From a virus: DNA of 64,000 nucleotides. The notes below the pieces were generated by a model. The model was not told the DNA's origin. It did not search any database and saw only the letters and a program-made list of their open reading frames with translations. Positions 47,087 through 56,191 of this stretch are shown here, one piece after another; positions within the stretch are counted from its first letter, which is position 1, and every line of letters starts with the position of its first letter. The position numbers and the translations under genes were made by a program. Location of the stretch: positions 32,001 to 96,000 of the IMG/VR virus record IMGVR_UViG_3300006841_000093; one strand, given 5' to 3'.

Positions 47087-47365
47087 ATGAAAACTTTTAA
47101 AGAATTAACAGATGAATTAATTTCACGTTGGAGTGAGGCCGTAAAGAGAAAGGTAGTATTCAGAGGTGGAAAACGACAGGTGAAAAAAGTTACCGATAAA
47201 GCGGGATTTAAAATGGTAGGTGGTAAAGAAGTTAAAATGGATGCTAAAGAAAAAATGAAACGTAAAAAGGGTGCCAAAATTGCTGCAAGAAAAGCAAAAA
47301 GTAAAAAAGGAGTAGCAGCAAAGAAGCGTCTTAAGTCATTGAAAAAAGGTGGACATATAAAATGA
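47087..47365 (+). CDS. Basic prohead core protein-like (gp68-like)
   Basis: MKTFKELTDE leader, then VFRGGKRQVKK..GFKMVGG..KM..KEK.KRKKGAK..ARK..KRLKSL, resembling gp68-family C-termini. Confidence 0.5.
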   Translation: MKTFKELTDELISRWSEAVKRKVVFRGGKRQVKKVTDKAGFKMVGGKEVKMDAKEKMKRKKGAKIAARKAKSKKGVAAKKRLKSLKKGGHIK

Positions 47366-47619
47366 AAACGTATTCAAGGTTTAAAGAAGGTTCATTAGAC
47401 GACAAACTTGATAAGTACGTTAGTAACGAAATCAAGAAAAGGAAACTCGCAAGATTTCCTGTGAATGCTACTGATGACTACCAAATGAAAAAGAAGAAAC
47501 CTGCGTTTACTTTTCCATCACCAACAGGCGAAATGATAATTAAAGTGTGGTTAAGACCTATGGCAAAACCCGCAAAGAGCCATACAAAAGCATTTAATTA
47601 CGAATTGGATGATAAGTAA
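47362..47619 (+). CDS. Small hypothetical protein with CTS-like leader
   Basis: Starts MKTYSRFKE. Confidence 0.6.
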   Translation: MKTYSRFKEGSLDDKLDKYVSNEIKKRKLARFPVNATDDYQMKKKKPAFTFPSPTGEMIIKVWLRPMAKPAKSHTKAFNYELDDK

Positions 47620-48473
47620 TGTTAACCCTAAAAGAATATGCTGTATACAGTACTTCAGATTATGTATTCACATGGGATGATCACATACCGATATCTGGTC
47701 CTATGTTAAAAAGAATCTGGCCAAATTCAATTCGTGCCACAGTCTTTCATGCTACTGATTTAAAAGGACTTCATTCATTGATAAGAATGGAAGGAAGTAA
47801 AAAAACTATTTCTGCATTTTTCTCAATGATGGGAAAATATATGGGAACTGGTGTAGCTACAGGAGGGGGTATCGTTGCAGAGTTAGAAGCCGATGTTCTT
47901 GTATCTGCAAGAGATGATATAATGAGTAAAGTAGATAAAACGGGTAGAAGATGGGTTACATTAGATTTCTTTTCATCTGCCGCAAGAAACTACTTAGGTC
48001 GTGACCGATTCGCTATGGTAGAAAAAGAGTTTTTATCATTAAAACAATACTTAGTTTCTAAACATGTAGATAAAAATCTTTATAATCAAAATATGTGGAA
48101 AGATGTCTGGAAAGAAATGAAAGATTATCTAAAATATGATGGTAGAAAAATAGCTGCGGTGATAAAAGATTATTTTGATGGTGTAGAGAAAATTCTTAAA
48201 AGACATGAAGATATAATGGGTAGTATTATGTATGGTTATGCAAGATCAAAAAGACAAACTGATAATTCATGGGATGAACAAATAGTCAATAACTTCACGA
48301 TTAAGAAAATTCATGTTCTTGAAGTAAAAGGCTATGAAGATGCAGATTATGTATATCATGATGAAATAAAAGATATTGGAAGACCAATTAAGAAATGGGA
48401 TTCTGATGTAGATTTGGAAATGTATACAAGACAAGTCGTTGCAAAAGAAGTACCAGCAAGGAAAAAGAGATGA
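47619..48473 (+). CDS. Hypothetical protein, ADP-ribosyltransferase-like (paralog A)
   Basis: VFHAT..ISAF..GGIVAELEAD..WDEQIV; paralog of 49657. Confidence 0.4.
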   Translation: MLTLKEYAVYSTSDYVFTWDDHIPISGPMLKRIWPNSIRATVFHATDLKGLHSLIRMEGSKKTISAFFSMMGKYMGTGVATGGGIVAELEADVLVSARDDIMSKVDKTGRRWVTLDFFSSAARNYLGRDRFAMVEKEFLSLKQYLVSKHVDKNLYNQNMWKDVWKEMKDYLKYDGRKIAAVIKDYFDGVEKILKRHEDIMGSIMYGYARSKRQTDNSWDEQIVNNFTIKKIHVLEVKGYEDADYVYHDEIKDIGRPIKKWDSDVDLEMYTRQVVAKEVPARKKR

Positions 48474-49042
48474 TATCTTTCAAAAAATATTCAGATATTT
48501 CAACTAAGGTAGCAAAGAAATTAAAACTTTCAAAAGATAAGGCTCTTGAACTTATTGTGAAAGCACAACAAAAAGGTTATGATCCTTTAAAGTGGCAAAG
48601 AAATCTATCAATATTAACCACTATGTCTGCTGAATATGATCCAGAGATAAAGGAAAAAACAATGTCATCAAGACAAAAACTTCAACAGATGCAACACTAT
48701 TGGGATAATCTTTGGCACATGGCATCAGATGTAGTAAAAAAGAAAAACATGTTTATGAGATTTGGTATTAAAAATATTAAATTGGGTAAGGGTGGAAGAA
48801 AGATATTATCATTTGATGAAGATAGAGATTATAAAGCAGAATATAAAAAATTCCAATCATCTAAAAAGATGAAGAAATATAGAGCAGAATTAAATAAATA
48901 CAATCGAGATAAGGGAACTTATGGAAATGGTGATGGTAAAGATGCATCTCATAAAGGCGGAAAGATTGTGGGAATGGAAGACCAAAGTGTTAATAGGGGT
49001 AGAGCAGAAAAAAGTAGATTAGTAGGATCAAAGAGAAAATGA
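48470..49042 (+). CDS. Protein with C-terminal HNH-like domain
   Basis: RDYKAEY...GDGKDASHK...VNRGR. Confidence 0.5.
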   Translation: MISFKKYSDISTKVAKKLKLSKDKALELIVKAQQKGYDPLKWQRNLSILTTMSAEYDPEIKEKTMSSRQKLQQMQHYWDNLWHMASDVVKKKNMFMRFGIKNIKLGKGGRKILSFDEDRDYKAEYKKFQSSKKMKKYRAELNKYNRDKGTYGNGDGKDASHKGGKIVGMEDQSVNRGRAEKSRLVGSKRK

Positions 49043-49097
49043 TGGGGCTGACTTACCAAAGGCCAACCCCTGACAGTTTTTCATGCCATAGGTATTT

Positions 49098-49274
49098 ATG
49101 AAAGAAGAAAGATTAATTTCAAGTATAGTTATGATAACTTTTTTAGGATTGTGGTTTATAGTTTTATTTACATTTGGATTACTTGTATATCAAACATCAT
49201 CATATCAAGGTCAAGTTGATGAACTTATAAAAGAAAATGCCAAGATAACAACATTATGGATGGAAAAAAATTAA
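49098..49274 (+). CDS. Small TM protein (58 aa)
   Basis: MKEERLISSIVMITFLGLWFIVLFTFGLLVY...; its TAA overlaps the next ATG (TAATG). Confidence 0.5.
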   Translation: MKEERLISSIVMITFLGLWFIVLFTFGLLVYQTSSYQGQVDELIKENAKITTLWMEKN

Positions 49275-49660
49275 TGAAAACATTTTCTACATATATCTTT
49301 GAAAGAATATCAAAGTCAGATTTAGATCAAGTAGAAAAATATGCAGATAGATTATTTGCAGCAGTTGGAATAGATGTTGAATTTACTAGACATTTTCATG
49401 ATAGAGTGAACGATGAACGAAATAAGAAACCAATCAATTCAGCGGAGTTGGTTAGATTATTTCGTTTAACATACAAGAAGTATGGTAAGAAAATTGCACA
49501 GATGAATCCAGATGCAGAAGCAGTCATTACAGATATGGAAACAGATGTTAATATGCCATTTGTAATCAATCTTGATAAAGGTGGAATGTTAGATCTCGTT
49601 GCAAAAACAGTAATGAGAAAGAAAGATTTTAAAACTAGTAGTCAGAAATTAAGGGTATGA
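49274..49660 (+). CDS. RegB/RelE-like (BECR-fold) ribonuclease candidate
   Basis: MKTFSTYIFE leader; VEFTRHFHDRVNDERN...I and LVAKTVMRK. Confidence 0.4.
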   Translation: MKTFSTYIFERISKSDLDQVEKYADRLFAAVGIDVEFTRHFHDRVNDERNKKPINSAELVRLFRLTYKKYGKKIAQMNPDAEAVITDMETDVNMPFVINLDKGGMLDLVAKTVMRKKDFKTSSQKLRV

Positions 49661-50547
49661 AATCATTTAGAGGATATTTACAAGAACGTGCACCGGCGTG
49701 GACAGAAAGTTTGTCTACTGCGTTGTTTGATCTTACACGAACACACTACATGATACCATTATCACCTTCAATCTTGAAGAGGATATGGCCTAAACTGCCT
49801 CGTACAACTGTATTTCATTTAACAGATCGAGTTGGTGTTCAACATTTAAAAAAGATGCAGGGGGGCAAAAGATCAATTTCAGCATTTTGGAATATAACTG
49901 CTAGAGCCATTGATGATGGAATCAGAACAGATGGTGGTTATGTTGTAGAATTAGAAGGAGATATTCTTGCGGCGAATCCCGATGATATAATGAGTCAACC
50001 GGATAAAACAGGAAGAAGGTGGTTAACTTTAAGTACATTACTTGATCCTGTTGATAAACATGGTATGGGTGGTGGAGTAAAACTCAAGAGAATGGAAAAT
50101 GATATAGAAGAAATGATGATAGAAATTATTATGAAATATGCAGATGATCCGATACACATGCCGAATGTTAAGAATTCTTGGATTGCTCTTGGTAAAGAAT
50201 ATGGAAGCAGAAGTCCAGAAGATAATAAAATTAAAGGTCAGATCATAGGAGATTATATCGATGGTATGGAAGGTGTTATGAAAAAGCACTCTAAACAATT
50301 AAAATCGGTACTTTTAGATTACTCTAAGAAAAAAATACAAGAACCGGATGAAGATAGTGGAGATACACCAGAATGGGATGAAGTAGTGGTTAATAATTTT
50401 AAAATTCAAAGGATTCATGTTACTCCCGAATTTTCATTAGACTTTGAGGGTGATAAAGATATATATGGATTTCCATTTGAACTATATCATGAAACAGAAG
50501 AAATGGTAGATTACATCAATAGAACAGTACAACCTATAAAGATATGA
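49657..50547 (+). CDS. Hypothetical protein, ADP-ribosyltransferase-like (paralog B)
   Basis: MKSFRGYLQE leader; VFHLT..ISAF..GGYVVELEGD..EWDEVVV. Confidence 0.4.
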   Translation: MKSFRGYLQERAPAWTESLSTALFDLTRTHYMIPLSPSILKRIWPKLPRTTVFHLTDRVGVQHLKKMQGGKRSISAFWNITARAIDDGIRTDGGYVVELEGDILAANPDDIMSQPDKTGRRWLTLSTLLDPVDKHGMGGGVKLKRMENDIEEMMIEIIMKYADDPIHMPNVKNSWIALGKEYGSRSPEDNKIKGQIIGDYIDGMEGVMKKHSKQLKSVLLDYSKKKIQEPDEDSGDTPEWDEVVVNNFKIQRIHVTPEFSLDFEGDKDIYGFPFELYHETEEMVDYINRTVQPIKI

Positions 50548-50553
50548 TAAAAG

Positions 50554-50916
50554 ATGATCTCATTTACTGAAAAAGCCGCTAGTAAAGTATTAAGTATTAT
50601 GGATGAACAAAAAGTAGATGATGACACAAGAGTACGAGTTGGTGTTAAGGGTGGTGGTTGTTCGGGATTTACTTATACAGTAGATTTCGATAGTAGGAAG
50701 AATAGGTTTGATTTAGAATTTGAATCTTTTGGACTTAATGTATTAGTAGATAAAAAAAGTCATTTATATATTAAAGGTACAGAAATTGATTGGTCTAATG
50801 AATTAAATGATCGTGGATTAAAATTTAATAATCCATCTGCAAAAGGTAGTTGTGGATGTAGAACATCATTTATGCACGAAGGAGTAAATGGAGCAAAAGA
50901 GCCAAGTTGGTTGTGA
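50554..50916 (+). CDS. iscA: A-type Fe-S carrier (IscA/HesB family)
   Basis: VKGGGCSGFTY and CGC motifs. Confidence 0.9.
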   Translation: MISFTEKAASKVLSIMDEQKVDDDTRVRVGVKGGGCSGFTYTVDFDSRKNRFDLEFESFGLNVLVDKKSHLYIKGTEIDWSNELNDRGLKFNNPSAKGSCGCRTSFMHEGVNGAKEPSWL

Positions 50917-51298
50917 ACTTAAAATAACAGAAAAAGCCGCTGTAGAATTTAAACAAATGTGTATTGGTGAAGATAAACATTGGGCGGATTCATATTTAAG
51001 GATAGGAGCAAATTCAGGCGGATGTTCTGGTTGGAAGTATAGTTTAGATTATGAAGATACAGTAGATGATTCTACTGACTTGATTTTTGAACAATATGGT
51101 GTTAAACTAGTAGTTGATGAATACATACTTAACGATATAATTGGTGATGTAGAAGTAGATTATAAAATAGGAAATTTAGTAGAACAAGGATTTATATTTA
51201 AAAGACTTAAATATGAACATGTCTGCGGGTGTGGAGAAAGCTTCACACCAATAAAGGATATTCCTGCAGATGGTAAGCAGAATTTAGGTTGGAAATAA
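50888..51298 (+). CDS. Second A-type Fe-S carrier (IscA/HesB family)
   Basis: SGGCSGWKYSL and CGCGESF. Confidence 0.85.
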   Translation: MEQKSQVGCELKITEKAAVEFKQMCIGEDKHWADSYLRIGANSGGCSGWKYSLDYEDTVDDSTDLIFEQYGVKLVVDEYILNDIIGDVEVDYKIGNLVEQGFIFKRLKYEHVCGCGESFTPIKDIPADGKQNLGWK

Positions 51299-51299
51299 A

Positions 51300-51692
51300 A
51301 TGGCATATTCAGATAAGGTATTAAAGCATTATGAACGACCAAGTAATGTTGGTAGTTTGGATAGTGGGAGTAATTCTGTGGGCACTGGCCTTGTGGGTGC
51401 TCCAGAGTGTGGTGATGTAATGAAACTCCAAATCCAAGTAGACGATAAAGGAACAATAGTTGATGCCAAGTTTAAAACATTTGGTTGTGGGTCGGCTATT
51501 GCTGCGAGTTCATTAGCAACAGAGTGGATTAAAGATAAACCACTTGATGAAGCAGAAACAATTAAAAACACAGAGATAGTTAATGAACTATCTTTACCTC
51601 CAGTTAAAATACATTGTAGTGTTCTTGCTGAAGATGCAATTAAAGCTGCAATCAAAGACTATAAGAGTAAAAATGGCTATGAGAACGTTTAA
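51300..51692 (+). CDS. iscU: Fe-S scaffold IscU
   Basis: MAYSDKVLKHY, GAPECGDVMKLQI, FGCGSAIA and LPPVKIHCSVLAEDA. Confidence 0.95.
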   Translation: MAYSDKVLKHYERPSNVGSLDSGSNSVGTGLVGAPECGDVMKLQIQVDDKGTIVDAKFKTFGCGSAIAASSLATEWIKDKPLDEAETIKNTEIVNELSLPPVKIHCSVLAEDAIKAAIKDYKSKNGYENV

Positions 51693-52317
51693 ATCATTCT
51701 TGACAGAAGACATATCAGCAGTAACAAAAGAATTTACAGAACTTTTAGTTGATAATGTATATTCTCAATATGTAAAACAATATAGTAAACATTCAGAAAA
51801 ATGTGTAGGTTGGTTAGATGGAGAAGAAAATTCTCAATTAAGACTTCAAAAAATATATGAAGGTGGAATCGGTGACAATGATTCTATTTTAGATGTAGGT
51901 TGTGGAGTGGGTCATCTTCATAGATACTTAAAAGAACAGGGGTGGAACGGAAAATATTTAGGATTTGATCCAAATAAAAAAGCAATTGATTTGATTGATG
52001 AAAGTATCAATGCAATACATGGTACAATAGAAGATTTGGATGAAACAAAATATGATTGGGCTATTTCAAATGGTGTTTTTAATTTAGGATTAAAAGAATC
52101 ACATACATTTTGGATTATTGAAAATATGGTAAGACTTACCAATAAAGGAATTATATTCAATATGTTACAAGCACCATACGAAGATTCACAATATGAGGCA
52201 TATAATCCAATGTGGATTCATTATAGATTACAAGAACATAATCACAAAAGAATAGAAATTGTTCAAAATTATATGGATAAGGATCAAGAATTTACTGTTT
52301 ATTTTTATAAGGTATAA
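51679..52317 (+). CDS. Class I SAM-dependent methyltransferase with CTS-like leader
   Basis: Start MRTFKSFLTE at 51679; LDVGCGVG and SNGVFN. Confidence 0.75.
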   Translation: MRTFKSFLTEDISAVTKEFTELLVDNVYSQYVKQYSKHSEKCVGWLDGEENSQLRLQKIYEGGIGDNDSILDVGCGVGHLHRYLKEQGWNGKYLGFDPNKKAIDLIDESINAIHGTIEDLDETKYDWAISNGVFNLGLKESHTFWIIENMVRLTNKGIIFNMLQAPYEDSQYEAYNPMWIHYRLQEHNHKRIEIVQNYMDKDQEFTVYFYKV

Positions 52318-52833
52318 ATGGATAAAAAATTTAAACATTATATAGTAGAATTCGATACACCACAAATTTATTGTGATATGGATGGAGTGTTAGCAGATTT
52401 TGAAAAGGGAGTAAAAAATATGATTGGGGGCAAATTTTCTGATGCTAGATGGGCAGAATTACCAGATGATTTTTTCTTACAATTAGAACCAATGAAAGAC
52501 GCACAAAAATTGTGGGATTTTATTGGAAAATATGATCCACTTATTTTAACTGCCGTTCCAAGATCCTCTAGAGGACCTATTGCGGCAAGGGCAACAGAAG
52601 ATAAAACTAGATTTATGAAAAGGTGGTTTGGTGTTTCTCCCAATAGGATGTATCCTGTCATGAGAGCGGATAAAATGAGATTCGCAAAAGATGGTAGAGA
52701 TGGAAGACCCAATTTACTCATTGATGATCACTCTAAGAATATTGCACAATTTAGGGCCGCTGGGGGTATAGGAGTACATCATCTAAGTGCAAGTGGAAGT
52801 ATTAAACAACTGAAAGACATTGGTTATAAGTGA
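52318..52833 (+). CDS. HAD-family 5'(3')-deoxyribonucleotidase-like phosphatase
   Basis: YCDMDGVLADF, ILTA and LLIDDHSKN. Confidence 0.85.
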   Translation: MDKKFKHYIVEFDTPQIYCDMDGVLADFEKGVKNMIGGKFSDARWAELPDDFFLQLEPMKDAQKLWDFIGKYDPLILTAVPRSSRGPIAARATEDKTRFMKRWFGVSPNRMYPVMRADKMRFAKDGRDGRPNLLIDDHSKNIAQFRAAGGIGVHHLSASGSIKQLKDIGYK

Positions 52834-52839
52834 GGTGAA

Positions 52840-53676
52840 ATGATATCTTGTTCTGCAAGAAAGATGGTCCAATTTCATATTAGAGATTGGTTGGATTTAC
52901 AACGTAGTTATGCAAAAATACATGGTGGAATAGAGTTTGAATTTGAAGACATAGATTATGCATTCGGTGTAGTGGAAGGATTTTCTACACTATGGGGAGG
53001 CAGAGCACAAATGGCCGGGCACGGCGATTTGGAACTTACTAAGGTAGATGAATATTGGTTATATGATCATAATATTGGTGTAAAGTTACCTTTCACCACA
53101 AAAGTATTTAGTGATGAATTGTACAATAAAAGTCTAGATATCCTGAAATGGTATCATCGAAAAGGTAACGCAATCATTACTTACCACGATGAACTTGGAA
53201 GAAGAATTAAGGAAGATTTTCCAGATTATAAAATAGAAGCAAGTTGTATACAAGATATTAATAATATTGAAAAATGGAATGAAAAGATTTCATTAGGAAT
53301 TTATGATGAGATTGTTTTACCTATACATTTAAATGATGATATAGAATTTCTTAAAAGTATTAAAGAGAAGGAAAAACTCAGACTATTTCTTAATGTAGAA
53401 TGTTCTTATAATTGTCCACAAAAAGTTTGTTATGGTGTGACCTCAAAAATTAATGCAGGTCTACGAGAACAGGGTACCATGTTGTGCAGTCTTTTGGATT
53501 TTGGTATGCCACGTACATTTTATAATGATGAAATTGATTGGAGCACTTTTTATTTTGATAAACAACTATTTGATGGGATGGGTATTGATAAATACAAATT
53601 AGTTCCCCCTATTGAAAATGCACAAAGAATACCTCTTATGTTAGAAAAAAATAAGGATATGAGGCGTGGGGATTAA
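52840..53676 (+). CDS. U32-like TIM-barrel protein with Cys cluster
   Basis: LFLNVECSYNCPQKVCY...C; paralog of 3564. Confidence 0.5.
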   Translation: MISCSARKMVQFHIRDWLDLQRSYAKIHGGIEFEFEDIDYAFGVVEGFSTLWGGRAQMAGHGDLELTKVDEYWLYDHNIGVKLPFTTKVFSDELYNKSLDILKWYHRKGNAIITYHDELGRRIKEDFPDYKIEASCIQDINNIEKWNEKISLGIYDEIVLPIHLNDDIEFLKSIKEKEKLRLFLNVECSYNCPQKVCYGVTSKINAGLREQGTMLCSLLDFGMPRTFYNDEIDWSTFYFDKQLFDGMGIDKYKLVPPIENAQRIPLMLEKNKDMRRGD

Positions 53677-53700
53677 ACAAATAGATAATTAAGGATTTCA

Positions 53701-54045
53701 ATGGAACATTTATTTACGTTTGATGAATTAATGATGATGGGGCTTGTCGTTTTTTCTTCATTTTGGATCTTTCTATTTAATTATAGACAAGACAACAAAG
53801 ACAAATATGCGGGGGCTAAATCATTAATCGTATTAGACTTATTCATTAATATGGGAATGTCTGTTACGGGGTACTTATTGGTATCAGTAGTATTCAAAAA
53901 TGTTCCGCAACTCGCACAATATGAAAGTTATAGATATCCGATTGGATATTTGTTTGGACTCACTTCTAATGTAAGTATACCAATAGTTTTAAAGTGGTTT
54001 CAAGAACAAATAACTAAAAAACTTAGAGAAGCAGGAAAAAAGTGA
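53701..54045 (+). CDS. Three-TM membrane protein
   Basis: Hydrophobic segments. Confidence 0.6.
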   Translation: MEHLFTFDELMMMGLVVFSSFWIFLFNYRQDNKDKYAGAKSLIVLDLFINMGMSVTGYLLVSVVFKNVPQLAQYESYRYPIGYLFGLTSNVSIPIVLKWFQEQITKKLREAGKK

Positions 54046-54053
54046 GGTAGATT

Positions 54054-54491
54054 ATGGCAAAACAAGACAAAGAACATCAACATGAAGAAACCTTAGTAGA
54101 GTTAGAACCAGTAAAAGCGATTGAGAGAGAAACTAAGAATCTAGTTGCATCTAGTAAGGTTTTTATTTACTTAATTATTGGACTATTAGCATATTTAATA
54201 TTCTTGGTTATTCCATCTATTGAAGAAAAAGTTACATGGATGGAGAAAGACTTAAATTCTGTTTTAGTACAATCAGAACGATTTAAGAAATCTACTAGAG
54301 TATTTGCAAGAGATAATCAATGTGCATCTTGTCATTTAAGCCCCGATTATCTACTCCACAACTTACTCACCAAATATCCTAGTTTTTCTGATATTAAAGC
54401 TTTCATGCAAGTAGGACATCAAAGGTATTATACAATGCAAACTCCGATTCCAGATGATGAATTACTAGAAATATATCGGGCACTACAATGA
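54054..54491 (+). CDS. Membrane-anchored monoheme c-type cytochrome-like protein
   Basis: Single TM helix, then CASCH heme motif and a downstream Met candidate (YTMQTP). Confidence 0.6.
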   Translation: MAKQDKEHQHEETLVELEPVKAIERETKNLVASSKVFIYLIIGLLAYLIFLVIPSIEEKVTWMEKDLNSVLVQSERFKKSTRVFARDNQCASCHLSPDYLLHNLLTKYPSFSDIKAFMQVGHQRYYTMQTPIPDDELLEIYRALQ

Positions 54492-55579
54492 TAATGTTTG
54501 GAAAAGTAATTGTATCATTAGTATGGGTAGTATGGATAGTTATAGTTGGTTCTACTGCTGAAGGACAAAATGTAAGTCCAGAATATATTCCCACATATAG
54601 TACAACTTACGATAGGGTAAAGGCAAGAGGATATGTCATTTGTGGAACTAATGATGAGTTTCCAGGCTTTTCTCAAGAAATGATACTTGGTGGTGGTGGT
54701 GAAGAAAGGTGGGAAGGTTTTGATGTTGATCTTTGTCGAGCAATTGCAGCAGGAATATTTGGAGATCCAGATGCTATAGAATTTGAAATAGTCAATGGAA
54801 AAACTAGATTTGAATTTTTGTTAGATGGAACGATAGATGTACTTTCAGCAGCAACGACATATACCTATACAAGAAATGTACAGAAAAAATTAGAATTCAT
54901 GCCCACAACCTATTACGATGGTCAAGGATTCATTGTAAGAAAAACTCTTGGTGTATCTTCTGCGAAACAGATGGAAGGTGCAAGAATATGTTTTAGTTCA
55001 TCTGGAACTGCTGCAAAAAACATAAAAGATTTCTTTAAATTACATGAAATAAATTACATACCAGTCCCCGTTCCCTCAAATGAAAAAACAAGAAACGTTT
55101 ACAAGAGGGGTGACTGTGATATGTATGGAACAGATAGATCAGGATTAGCATCAAATAGATTAAGTTTTAGTGATCCTGACAGACATTTGATTTTACCAGA
55201 GATAATTTCAAAAGAACCTCTTGGTATGGTAGTTCGTTATGGAGATCAGAAATGGTCAGATATAGTTCGATGGACAGTTTATGTATTGTTCATTGCAGAA
55301 GAAATTGGATTAAATTCAAATAATATTGATGATTTTGAAAACAATAGTGATCCAAATGTACAACGATTTATGGGTGAATTAAATGGAACAGATCATCCTC
55401 ATCTTGGATCTAAACTCGGTTTGGGCAAAAACTGGTCATATAATATTATTAAGTTAGTAGGAAATTACAAAGAAATATATGAACGAAATGTGGGGGTAAA
55501 TACTCCTATTGGACTAGAACGTGGTTTGAATAAATTATATACTCATGGAGGATTATTGTACGCCCCGCCTCTTAAGTAA
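54488..55579 (+). CDS. General L-amino acid ABC substrate-binding protein (AapJ/BztA-like)
   Basis: GFDVDLCRAIAA, TYTYTRN, YYDGQGF, LPEIISKEPLG, GNYKEIYERN and GLLYAPP. Confidence 0.9.
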   Translation: MIMFGKVIVSLVWVVWIVIVGSTAEGQNVSPEYIPTYSTTYDRVKARGYVICGTNDEFPGFSQEMILGGGGEERWEGFDVDLCRAIAAGIFGDPDAIEFEIVNGKTRFEFLLDGTIDVLSAATTYTYTRNVQKKLEFMPTTYYDGQGFIVRKTLGVSSAKQMEGARICFSSSGTAAKNIKDFFKLHEINYIPVPVPSNEKTRNVYKRGDCDMYGTDRSGLASNRLSFSDPDRHLILPEIISKEPLGMVVRYGDQKWSDIVRWTVYVLFIAEEIGLNSNNIDDFENNSDPNVQRFMGELNGTDHPHLGSKLGLGKNWSYNIIKLVGNYKEIYERNVGVNTPIGLERGLNKLYTHGGLLYAPPLK

Positions 55580-55590
55580 AGGAATAACAC

Positions 55591-56184
55591 ATGGGCCACG
55601 TTACCCGCTTTTCTAAACCAGAATACGGAACTGGAAGAAAAAAACATTTCGAAGATGTTCCAGAAAATAGAACAGCAGTAGATAACATTCTGCGAGTCAA
55701 TCATGGTAATCAAATGAGACTAGGATTGATGGCAGATGCAAAAGCTAATATTATGATTACTGTTGCATCGATAGTATTTTCAATAACTATTGCAAATTTA
55801 GATAATGAAGTAATGCGTTATACTCTTCTAACATTTGCCGTTGGTAGTTTTTTCTCTTTGTTATTTGCTATATTTGCAATTATACCAAATACAGACTATC
55901 CTAGAGTAAAATGGTCTAAGGAAATTGATAGAGATTCACCTATATTCAATCCGTTGTTCTTTGGTCACTTTGCACATTTGGATATAGATGAATATAAAGA
56001 AGATTACGCAGAAATTTTAAGTACTGATGACAGTATATATGATTCAATGGCAGGAGATATCTATGGTCAAGGAAAGATACTTGCATTAAAGAAATATAAG
56101 TATTTGAAATGGTCATATAACTGTTTTCTCACAGGAATGTCATGTGCAATTATAACATTTGTAGTACAACATGTAATTTTATAA
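55591..56184 (+). CDS. Pycsar-type membrane effector domain protein (PycTM/DUF5706-like)
   Basis: ADAKANIMIT-TM1, TM2-AIFAIIP, PLFFGHF, DIYGQGKILALKKYKYLKWSY-TM3. Confidence 0.75.
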   Translation: MGHVTRFSKPEYGTGRKKHFEDVPENRTAVDNILRVNHGNQMRLGLMADAKANIMITVASIVFSITIANLDNEVMRYTLLTFAVGSFFSLLFAIFAIIPNTDYPRVKWSKEIDRDSPIFNPLFFGHFAHLDIDEYKEDYAEILSTDDSIYDSMAGDIYGQGKILALKKYKYLKWSYNCFLTGMSCAIITFVVQHVIL

Positions 56185-56191
56185 AAATGAA

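Noticed and set aside
48470-49042. Mobile homing endonuclease or other mobile element
   Set aside because: The HNH-like motif is degenerate and there is no intron context; no transposase or integrase was seen anywhere in the window.
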